A stretch of DNA of 33,706 nucleotides, taken from contig JACPFH010000074.1 in assembly GCA_016183075.1 (NCBI GenBank), positions 1 to 33,706 on the forward strand, given 5' to 3'. The notes below the pieces were generated by a model. That model did not search any database. It was not told the origin of the DNA and was given only the letters and a program-made list of their open reading frames with translations. Every line of letters starts with the position of its first letter. Position 1 is the first letter of the stretch. This DNA comes from Deltaproteobacteria bacterium (GTDB taxonomy: Bacteria > Desulfobacterota > Binatia > UBA9968). Below, in pieces: positions 1-6,871 of the stretch. The position numbers and the translations under genes were made by a program.

Positions 1-417
1 GTGGAGGATATACTGGTTCGTTTGGCGCGTTGCTGCCACCCGCTGCCCGGAGAGACGATTCTGGGTTTTATAACCCGGGGAAGGGGCGTCACGGTTCACG
101 TGGCAAGCTGTCCGACGGTGCTGGAGAGCGATCCCCAAAGGAAGATCGAAGTAAGCTGGCAGGCGGACGGGCAGGAGCCGCGACCGATCAAGATCGAAGT
201 CAGCTGTATCGACAGGCCCGGCTTGTTAGCGGCGATCAGCGCCGCCATTACCAGTGCGGACGTCAATATCGCGCGCGCGCAGGTACGGACGTTTCCCGAT
301 CAAAAGGCATTGAACTCCTTCGAGGTGATGATCAGCAGCTCGGAGCAGCTGCGGCGGGTTCTGCAGAGCATCGGCAAGGTGAAAGGGGTTTACCGAGCCG
401 TCCGGGCAAGGGGCTAG
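1..417 (+). CDS. RelA/SpoT-family (p)ppGpp synthetase/hydrolase, C-terminal fragment (5' end outside window)
   Basis: ORF open from base 1, stop TAG 415-417. It has the conserved CC/zinc-finger-like segment RLARCCHPLPGE..ILGFITRGRGVTVH. This is followed by an ACT-like segment IKIEVSCIDRPGLLAAISAAI, typical of long RSH enzymes. Confidence 0.85.
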   Translation: MEDILVRLARCCHPLPGETILGFITRGRGVTVHVASCPTVLESDPQRKIEVSWQADGQEPRPIKIEVSCIDRPGLLAAISAAITSADVNIARAQVRTFPDQKALNSFEVMISSSEQLRRVLQSIGKVKGVYRAVRARG

Positions 418-420
418 CAA

Positions 421-541
421 GACGACCGGGGACCGATGACCGGGACGGAAAAACGACCGACGACCGGAGACGGGGGACCGGGATGAAAAAACGACCGAGG
501 ACCGGGGACCGAGGCCCGTCTTCGGTCTCCGGTCTCCCGTC
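421..541. repeat. REP-like GACCG(A/G)GGACCG repeat cluster with a long hairpin between convergent genes
   Basis: Iterated GACCGGGGACCGA / GACCGAGGACCGG motifs. Hairpin arms are 500-512 (GACCGGGGACCGA) and 522-534 (TCGGTCTCCGGTC): 13 bp with one G-T pair and a 9-nt loop. The 13-mer GACCGGAGACGGG (462-474) recurs as its reverse complement at 13047-13059. Confidence 0.6.
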
Positions 542-549
542 TGTGTATG

Positions 550-741
550 TCAAACGGCTTTCTCCACTCTGCCCGAGTGAACGCACTGGGTGCAGACCAG
601 GATCCGACGGACTGCCCCGTCGACCCGGGCCCTTACCTTCTGAAGATTCGGCTTCCACACCCGTTTTGTCCGGTTGTTGGCGTGGCTCACGTTGTGACCT
701 ACCGATCGCCCTTTGCCACAGATGGAACAAATCCTGGCCAT
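550..741 (-). CDS. rpmB: 50S ribosomal protein L28
   Basis: [37 protein letters not shown]... (63 aa) is a canonical L28. The ORF-track start at 867 is an upstream extension; Met43 of that ORF (ATG at 741) is the real start. Confidence 0.95.
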   Translation of the reverse strand: MARICSICGKGRSVGHNVSHANNRTKRVWKPNLQKVRARVDGAVRRILVCTQCVHSGRVEKAV

Positions 742-743
742 AA

Positions 744-1217
744 CTAGTTCTTTCGCATCCTTTCGATAATCTCCGTGGTCGAGTAGCGGCCCAAATAGGG
801 AACCACCGCCACCGTACCTCCGCCCGATTCCACGATGTCGGCTCCCACGATGGTTTCCTTTGCCCAATCCCCGCCCTTCACGAGAACATCCGGCTGCAAT
901 TCCCGGATAAGTCCGTGAGGGTCAGGATCGCTGAATAAGACAACGTAGTCTACCATTTCGAGCGCGGCAATCAACTCCGCCCGGTCGGATTCAGGTAGGA
1001 TCGGGCGGTTCGGCCCTTTGATCGCCTTAACGGAGCTGTCCGAGTTCAAGCCGACCACCAAAAGATCACCGAGTTTTTTTGCTTCTCGGAGCAGGTGGAG
1101 GTGGCCGCGGTGGAGCAGGTCGAAGCAGCCGTTGGTGAAAACGACTTTTTTACCCGCGGACTTGGCCCGGGCGACGATTCTTTTTAGCTCCGCGATCTCG
1201 CACATCTTCTTCTGCAC
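744..1217 (-). CDS. rfaE2: D-glycero-beta-D-manno-heptose 1-phosphate adenylyltransferase (RfaE domain II type cytidylyltransferase)
   Basis: 157 aa with [19 protein letters not shown] (the HxGH nucleotidyltransferase motif) and a length typical of stand-alone RfaE2/HldC. Its stop lies 2 nt from the rpmB start. Confidence 0.88.
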   Translation of the reverse strand: MQKKMCEIAELKRIVARAKSAGKKVVFTNGCFDLLHRGHLHLLREAKKLGDLLVVGLNSDSSVKAIKGPNRPILPESDRAELIAALEMVDYVVLFSDPDPHGLIRELQPDVLVKGGDWAKETIVGADIVESGGGTVAVVPYLGRYSTTEIIERMRKN

Positions 1218-1258
1218 GTTCGATGGCTAGCATTTCGCATGGGCGATTGCAACGGTCC

Positions 1259-1287
1259 TTGACCTCACTTAGAAATTCAGATAAGGT
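1259..1287 (+). promoter_or_regulatory. candidate sigma70-type promoter for the UbiD-family gene
   Basis: TTGACC (1259-1264), 17-nt spacer, TAAGGT (1282-1287). A strong AGGAGG RBS at 1329-1334 lies 5 nt before ATG 1340. Sequence match only. Confidence 0.3.
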
Positions 1288-1339
1288 CCTGAAAATCCCC
1301 ACCAGCGGTTTTTAGCGGTTTCAAAAACAGGAGGAAATT

Positions 1340-2788
1340 ATGCAGTATCGGGATCTCAGGGAGTGGATTCAGCTCGCCGGCGAGATGGGCGAGGTCAAGA
1401 TGCTGAACGGTTGTGACTGGGACCTGGAGATCGGCGCGGTGACGGAGCTCGTTCATCATAAGGAAGACGGCCCGGCGGTAGCGGTATTGTTTGACGAGAT
1501 TAAAGGTTACCCGAAGGGCTACCGCGTCCTGTCCAACTCCTTGAGTTCGCGCAATCGCTTAAGTCTCACCTTAGGCCTTCCGCCCGGCGACACCAAGATG
1601 GATTTTGTCCGCATATGGAAGGACAGGTACAAACAGATCAAGCCGATGCCGCCCAAATTTGTCAAAGACAGCCCGTTGTTTGAAAACGTGTATCGGGATG
1701 ATGAAGTCGATCTGCTCAAATTTCCGACTCCCAAGTGGCATGAGCATGACGGCGGCCGCTATATCGGGACGGGCAGCCTCGATATCACCCGTGATCCGGA
1801 TGAAGGGTGGGTGAACTGGGGAACCTACCGTGTCATGATCCACGACAGGAACACGGTCGGTTTCTATATCTCGCCCGGCAAGCACGGGAGAATCCAGCGC
1901 GACAAATACATAAGCTCGGGAAAGCCGTGTAAAGTGGCCATGTCCTTCGGCCACGATCCTCTTATGTTCCTGGCCGCCAGCGTCGAGGTTCCCTACGGGA
2001 TCCCCGAATACGAGTTTGTTGGAGGCGTGCGGGGAGAACCGCTCGAACTGATCGAGGGGGAATATACAGGCCTTCCGATTCCCGCTACGGCCGAAATCGT
2101 CGTGGAAGGGGACGCAATTTTCGATCAGCCGAGAACCGAGGGGCCGTTCGGCGAATGGACAGGATATTATGGCAGCGCCGAGAGGTCTGAGCCGATTGTC
2201 AAGATCAAGAGGCTCTATCACCGCAACAACCCCATCATTCTGGGCTCGCCCCCGGGCAGGCCGCCGGCAGAGCTCGGGTGGTATCGCTCCTATCTGCGCT
2301 CCGCTCTGATCTGGGATGAAATGGAGAAGGCCGGCGTGCCGGATGTCAAAGGCGTTTGGCTTACTGTTTCCGGCGGGAGCCGGCTTATTTTAGGTGTTTC
2401 GATCAAGCAGCGCTATCCGGGGCATGCCCGCCAGGCAGCCTTGGTCGCATCGCAATGCCACGCGGGGGCCTATCTCGGGCGCTACGTGATCGTCGTGGAC
2501 GACGATATCGATCCGTCCAATACCGATGATCTGATCTGGGCGATGGCGACCCGGTCCGATCCGGATACGGACATCGATATCATCCGGCGTTGCTGGAGCG
2601 GACCGCTCGACCCGATCATCCATCCCACGAAGAAAGGTTTCAACTCCCGGGCCATCATCGACGCGTGCCGGCCCTTCGAGTGGATAAAAGATTTCCCCAA
2701 GGTGGCCGAGTCCAGCAAGGAAGTTCTGGATGCGACGGCCAAGAAATGGGGGACCTTGCTCTTCGGTAAGGACGGAGGAAAAGCTTAG
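1340..2788 (+). CDS. UbiD-family (prFMN-dependent) decarboxylase
   Basis: 482 aa. N-terminus MQYRDLREWIQ..., plus FGEWTGYY and overall length/layout typical of UbiD / 3-octaprenyl-4-hydroxybenzoate carboxy-lyase-like enzymes. No ubiX is adjacent. Confidence 0.88.
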   Translation: MQYRDLREWIQLAGEMGEVKMLNGCDWDLEIGAVTELVHHKEDGPAVAVLFDEIKGYPKGYRVLSNSLSSRNRLSLTLGLPPGDTKMDFVRIWKDRYKQIKPMPPKFVKDSPLFENVYRDDEVDLLKFPTPKWHEHDGGRYIGTGSLDITRDPDEGWVNWGTYRVMIHDRNTVGFYISPGKHGRIQRDKYISSGKPCKVAMSFGHDPLMFLAASVEVPYGIPEYEFVGGVRGEPLELIEGEYTGLPIPATAEIVVEGDAIFDQPRTEGPFGEWTGYYGSAERSEPIVKIKRLYHRNNPIILGSPPGRPPAELGWYRSYLRSALIWDEMEKAGVPDVKGVWLTVSGGSRLILGVSIKQRYPGHARQAALVASQCHAGAYLGRYVIVVDDDIDPSNTDDLIWAMATRSDPDTDIDIIRRCWSGPLDPIIHPTKKGFNSRAIIDACRPFEWIKDFPKVAESSKEVLDATAKKWGTLLFGKDGGKA

Positions 2789-2813
2789 CGAGCCTGCGGC
2801 GGGAGATTTCTGC

Positions 2814-3614
2814 TCAGGAAGAGAGATCTAACAGGAGAGGGGTCGTCTTGCCACTGCGGTAGACCTCCACTCGGATCTGGCCGGATTTTTTGCTGTCGCC
2901 GAGGAGGCGTTCGAGATCTCCCACCTTTTGGACGGCCCGGCCGCCAACGTTAACGATAACGTCGCCCCTCTGGAGCCCGGCACTGGACGCCGGGCTTCCC
3001 GCATCCACGTCCGCGACCAAGACTCCCGATGTACGTCGAACACCAAAAAGCTCGGCTAGCTCCGCGGTCAAGTTTTGCACCCGCAGGCCTCCCCGGATTT
3101 TGCGAAACTCCCCCTTGGTCTTTTCGGACGAGGGCAACGGCGTGGCCTTGGCCAGAACCTGGGCCGAGGCATAGATCGGCGCTTTCATCCTGAGTGCCAC
3201 GGCGATGGCATCGCTGGGTCGGGAATCAATGTGGAATTCCTGGCCCTTGAGCCGCACCGCGATGATCGCGTAGTAGATGTTGTTCTTGATGTCGGTGATC
3301 GTAATGCGGTGGATCGTCGCGCCTATGCCCTGAAGGATGTTTCGGATGAGGTCGTGGCTGTTGGGACGCGGTGTGGCGACATTTTCCATCTCGATGGCGA
3401 TGGAGGTTGCTTCTTCGCTACCGATCCATATCGGTACCATCTTTTGATCTCTGACGCTTTCGAGGATCACGACGGCGGTCGGGGTTTTCGCGGACGGGTC
3501 GAGCATGACTCGCTTGACCTTCATCTCGACCACCGCCTGCTCTTCGGAAGCGTGAGGATAGGCGGGAACGAGAAACAGGGCCGACAGCGCGAACAACAAG
3601 ATCCGCTTCTTCAC
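2814..3614 (-). CDS. secreted bifunctional-nuclease-fold (BFN/DUF151) protein with C-terminal PDZ domain
   Basis: The start is placed at GTG 3614, preceded by AAGGAG (reverse complement of 3621-3626). Signal-peptide-like N-terminus VKKRILLFALSALFLVPAYPHASEE. BFN core: VPIWIGSEEATSIAIE...RPNSHDL...DSRPSDAIAVALR. PDZ: GVLVADVDAGSPASSAGLQRGDVIVNVGG. Confidence 0.8.
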   Translation of the reverse strand: MKKRILLFALSALFLVPAYPHASEEQAVVEMKVKRVMLDPSAKTPTAVVILESVRDQKMVPIWIGSEEATSIAIEMENVATPRPNSHDLIRNILQGIGATIHRITITDIKNNIYYAIIAVRLKGQEFHIDSRPSDAIAVALRMKAPIYASAQVLAKATPLPSSEKTKGEFRKIRGGLRVQNLTAELAELFGVRRTSGVLVADVDAGSPASSAGLQRGDVIVNVGGRAVQKVGDLERLLGDSKKSGQIRVEVYRSGKTTPLLLDLSS

Positions 3615-3741
3615 GGTCGTCTCCTTTAAAAACCTCGAGTGGGTTCCGATCGTGGCAAGGTTTGCCGCAGAACTTCTTGGAGCCACCTTACCTGTCTAGC
3701 TCTCGGCTTGTCAATAGTCGTATTTCTTCGGGGTGAAGCTC

Positions 3742-3787
3742 CCTCGGGAAAGGCCGCTTCAGCCCGAGGCTGATCCGCCTCTGGCGG
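3742..3787. repeat. REP-like paired small hairpins
   Basis: CCTCGGG (3742-3748) pairs with CCCGAGG (3763-3769). CCGCC (3775-3779) pairs with GGCGG (3783-3787). Located in the divergent intergenic region. Confidence 0.4.
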
Positions 3788-3821
3788 ACGCGGCTGCGGC
3801 CGATGGGTTCGTGCCGACCGG

Positions 3822-3890
3822 TTGAACGACTTGAACGACTTGAACGGCTTGAACCGGTTCGGCGTTCAAAACGTTCAAACAGTTCAAAAT
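3822..3890. repeat. 9-nt periodic TTGAAC / GTTCAA self-complementary array (upstream of mutL)
   Basis: TTGAACGAC TTGAACGAC TTGAACGGC TTGAACCGG TTCGGCGTT CAAAACGTT CAAACAGTT CAAAATGG. Four TTGAAC units are followed by three GTTCAA units at a strict 9-nt period. Confidence 0.8.
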
Positions 3891-4051
3891 GGTTAGGGCC
3901 TGCGCCAGCCTAAATGCTACTACGTCCACAGCCTCGCTCGCGCTCCCCTCTGTCGCGGGCGAGCACGCGCTGGGCCTTCTTTCGGCTTCGTTTCTTCTTG
4001 ACCGCTTTTTGGCGGGTGGGCTATGTTGCTGCAGGGAAGGGAGCGTTGCCG

Positions 4052-5773
4052 GTGTCGATCATCCGCCTGCCTGAAAGTTTAGCGAGCCGGATCGCCGCGG
4101 GTGAAGTCGTCGAGCGCCCCGCGTCTGTGGTTAAGGAGCTGGTGGAAAATTCGCTGGATGCTCAGGCGCGGGAGATTTCCGTGTGGGTGGGGCGAAGCGG
4201 GGTTGCCATGATCCGCGTCAGCGACGACGGAACGGGTATCCCGTTCGAAGATATTTCCCTTGCCGTGGAAAGGCACTCGACGAGCAAGCTCCGTGACGAA
4301 GCGGATCTGTTTCGGATTGCAACCTTGGGATTTCGGGGCGAAGCATTGCCCAGCATTGCTTCCGTGGCGAAGGTGGAGATTGTTTCTCGTACCCGGGACG
4401 CTGCGGCCGGCTACCGGCTGTGCGTCCAGGGAGGAAAAAAGGACGAGCCTGTCCTCGCGGGCTGCGCGCCGGGCACCACGGTGGAGGTGCGTGATCTTTT
4501 CTTCAATACCCCGGCCAGGCGCAAGTTTCTCAAATCCCCGGCGACGGAGCTGGGCCATGTCTGCGACGTGGTTAACCGGATGGCGCTGGCCTATTGGGAG
4601 GTTCACTTCCGGCTCTACTGTGACGGGAACATGGTTTCGAACTACGTGGTTGTTCGCCGGCTCCAAGATCGTGTGGAGCAGGTCCTGGGACAGGAGATTG
4701 CTGCCGCCATGGCGCCGTTTTCAGCCGATCGGGGAAAGGTAAGAGTCTCCGGCTTCTTGAGCACGTCTCCCAGCTCCTTTTCCAGCTCGCGTCATATGCT
4801 GACCTATGTGAACAGGCGCTTCGTGCGGGATCGGGTGCTCAGCCACGCGGTTTTACAGGGGTACGAGACGCTGCTTATGAAGGGTCGCTATCCGGCGGTG
4901 GCCCTCTTTGTTGAGGTTCCTTTCCAAGAAGTCGATGTGAACGTCCATCCGGCCAAGTATGAAGTTCGTTTCCGGCGGCAGTCGGAAATCCACGACGCTG
5001 TCGCGGACGCCGTGCGGCACGCCTTGAAGCGGGAGTCTGCGGGCGAGCGCTCGCAGAGCGCGCGATCGAGTCCCCACGCGGGCAGCGAAGTGCGGGAGTT
5101 CTCGCTTTCCTATGGCGCCGGCCGAGGCAAGCTTTCGGTTTTGACCGAGACTCCTAAGCTCGGTGGCGCCGAAGCGGAAATTGCCCGAGGTTTTTTTTCG
5201 TCCCTTGAGGTCCTCGGCCAGGCCCTCGGCTGCTATGTCGTTTGTGCCGCTCCCGGCGGCATCGTCGTGATCGACCAGCATGCCGCGCATGAACGCATCG
5301 CTTTTGAGAAAATGCGCCGCGATCTCGAGCCGGCGAAAATGCAACGCCAGAATCTTCTCATGCCGCAAGTTTTGGAGCTTTCGGCCGGCGAGGCGCTCGT
5401 GCTGGAGCAACATCTCACGCTGCTGGATGGGCTGGGCTTTTGCATCGAGCCTTTTGGCTCGAATCGCTTCGCTGTGGAGACGGTTCCGGCGCTTCTGCCT
5501 CAAGGAGATTACACGCGTGTGCTGCGGGACATGATCGCAGAGCTGGCCGAGATTGGGAGGTCATCCGAGCTGCGGCAAGGGTTGGAAGAGCGTTTAATGA
5601 CCATTGCTTGTCATAGCGTGATCCGCGCCAACCGGAGGTTGGAGCGAGACGAAATCCGCGCGCTTCTTTCCCAGCTTGATGAAATTGATTTTGCCACCCA
5701 GTGTCCTCATGGCCGTCCCGTCATCATTGAATTTACTCGTGAGCAGCTCGAAAGAATGTTCAAACGTGCGTAA
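4052..5773 (+). CDS. mutL: DNA mismatch repair endonuclease MutL
   Basis: VSIIRLPESLASRIAAGEVVERPASVVKELVENSLDA (GHKL ATPase N-terminus). C-terminal endonuclease motifs include DQHAAHERI and a CPHGRP-type Zn site. The start is placed at GTG 4052 (GGGAAGGGA upstream); the ORF-track start at 3914 adds 46 Arg-rich residues running over the repeat array. Confidence 0.93.
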   Translation: MSIIRLPESLASRIAAGEVVERPASVVKELVENSLDAQAREISVWVGRSGVAMIRVSDDGTGIPFEDISLAVERHSTSKLRDEADLFRIATLGFRGEALPSIASVAKVEIVSRTRDAAAGYRLCVQGGKKDEPVLAGCAPGTTVEVRDLFFNTPARRKFLKSPATELGHVCDVVNRMALAYWEVHFRLYCDGNMVSNYVVVRRLQDRVEQVLGQEIAAAMAPFSADRGKVRVSGFLSTSPSSFSSSRHMLTYVNRRFVRDRVLSHAVLQGYETLLMKGRYPAVALFVEVPFQEVDVNVHPAKYEVRFRRQSEIHDAVADAVRHALKRESAGERSQSARSSPHAGSEVREFSLSYGAGRGKLSVLTETPKLGGAEAEIARGFFSSLEVLGQALGCYVVCAAPGGIVVIDQHAAHERIAFEKMRRDLEPAKMQRQNLLMPQVLELSAGEALVLEQHLTLLDGLGFCIEPFGSNRFAVETVPALLPQGDYTRVLRDMIAELAEIGRSSELRQGLEERLMTIACHSVIRANRRLERDEIRALLSQLDEIDFATQCPHGRPVIIEFTREQLERMFKRA

Positions 5774-5803
5774 CAGTAGCGATCGGCAATCAGCGATCCA
5801 TCC

Positions 5804-5884
5804 GTTCGAATCGTTCAAGCAGTTCAAGTCGTTGGAGCTCTTCAAAACGTTTTAAACCGCTTGAACGTCTTAAACGAGTTTGAG
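5804..5884. repeat. 9-nt periodic GTTCAA / TTGAAC self-complementary array (downstream of mutL)
   Basis: Nine 9-nt units: GTTCGAATC GTTCAAGCA GTTCAAGTC GTTGGAGCT CTTCAAAAC GTTTTAAAC CGCTTGAAC GTCTTAAAC GAGTTTGAG. Same family as 3822-3890 with the half-arrays in opposite order. Confidence 0.8.
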
Positions 5885-5907
5885 ATCCAAGGTGATAGCC
5901 TGAGACA

Positions 5908-6843
5908 ATGAAGCCTAAGCTCGTTATCATCCTGGGTCCCACCGGCGTTGGAAAGAGCGAGGTTGCGCTCGATGTTGCCGAGGAGGTCGACGGAGAGATC
6001 ATCAACGCCGACTCGCAGCAGATCTATCGCTCTATGGACATTGGGACGGCGAAGCCGCCGGCGGCGATCCGGCGGAGGGTGACTCATCATCTGATCGACA
6101 TTGTCGATCCGGACGAAGATTTCAATGCCGCGCGCTTTCGCGAGATGGCGCTAAAAAGCGCTGAGGAGATTCGTGCCCGCCGAAAGAGAGTCGTCCTGTG
6201 TGGCGGCACGGGTCTGTACATTCGAGCCTTCACCCATGGCCTTTTTATTGGTCCCGCGAGCGATCCTGCGATCCGGAAGCGTCTTGAGGCCGAGATCGAA
6301 GCCCACAGCCTGAATGCTCTTTACGAACGTCTGAGAGACGTAGATCCCGAGGCGATCGCCTGGATTCATCCGCACGACCGGCAGAGAATTATCCGGGCTC
6401 TCGAGGTTTTTGAGCTCACGGGGAAAAGAATGAGTGATTGGCAAAGGGAGCATGGCTTTCGAGAAAGCCTGTTTGCAACGTTGAAAATCGGGCTCGACCG
6501 CGAGCGGACGGAGCTTTATGATCTGATCAACCGGCGCTGTGACGAGATGATGGCGAAAGGTTTGGTGGACGAGGTCAAAGCATTGGTCGGGAAAGGTTAC
6601 AGCTTGGATTTGCGGCCGTTTCAGAGCGTGGGTTACCGCCATATCGGTCTCTATCTGAAGCGGGAGCTGAGCCTGGAGGACGCCGTCTCTCTCATGAAGC
6701 GGGACTCTCGCCGTCTCGCCAAGCGCCAGCTCACCTGGTTTCGCGCCGATAAGGAAACACTCTGGTTTCATCCGGAGAAAGACCGGAGGAAGATCATCGA
6801 GACCGCGAAAGAATTTTTCATGAATGAACAAAGAAAAGTTTAA
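5908..6843 (+). CDS. miaA: tRNA (adenosine(37)-N6)-dimethylallyltransferase
   Basis: MKPKLVIILGPTGVGKSEVAL (P-loop), INADSQQIYRSMDIGTAKP, and 311 aa length. Confidence 0.95.
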   Translation: MKPKLVIILGPTGVGKSEVALDVAEEVDGEIINADSQQIYRSMDIGTAKPPAAIRRRVTHHLIDIVDPDEDFNAARFREMALKSAEEIRARRKRVVLCGGTGLYIRAFTHGLFIGPASDPAIRKRLEAEIEAHSLNALYERLRDVDPEAIAWIHPHDRQRIIRALEVFELTGKRMSDWQREHGFRESLFATLKIGLDRERTELYDLINRRCDEMMAKGLVDEVKALVGKGYSLDLRPFQSVGYRHIGLYLKRELSLEDAVSLMKRDSRRLAKRQLTWFRADKETLWFHPEKDRRKIIETAKEFFMNEQRKV

Positions 6844-6871
6844 ATCGGAATCGAGCGCTTGATGGGGGATC

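Noticed and set aside
30-743. 237-aa + strand ORF (and 332-730 on the - strand) spanning the RelA/SpoT 3' end, the REP cluster and rpmB
   Set aside because: It is out of frame with or antisense to well-supported genes. Its Arg/Gly/Pro-rich composition is typical of alternate frames in high-GC DNA, and part of it is just translated GACCG repeats.
3822-3890. Possible CRISPR array (also 5804-5884)
   Set aside because: The repeat unit is only 9 nt with no unique spacers, no cas genes are present, and the arrays are self-complementary. This is not CRISPR architecture.
3914-4051. N-terminal extensions given by the ORF track (mutL 3914, COG0523 11872, LLM 11856, aroA 18212, cmk 19473, sppA 22023, ihfB 22895, rpmB 867, BFN-PDZ 3686)
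   Set aside because: Each extension overlaps the upstream gene or repeat DNA and is Arg-rich or low-complexity. Each is followed by an internal ATG/GTG with an RBS, at which the conserved N-terminus of the family begins.
5801-5815. tRNA T-loop-like GTTCGAATC
   Set aside because: The flanking bases do not form a T-stem (ATCCG versus CGTTC), and no acceptor or anticodon arms exist. It is simply the first unit of the 9-nt array.
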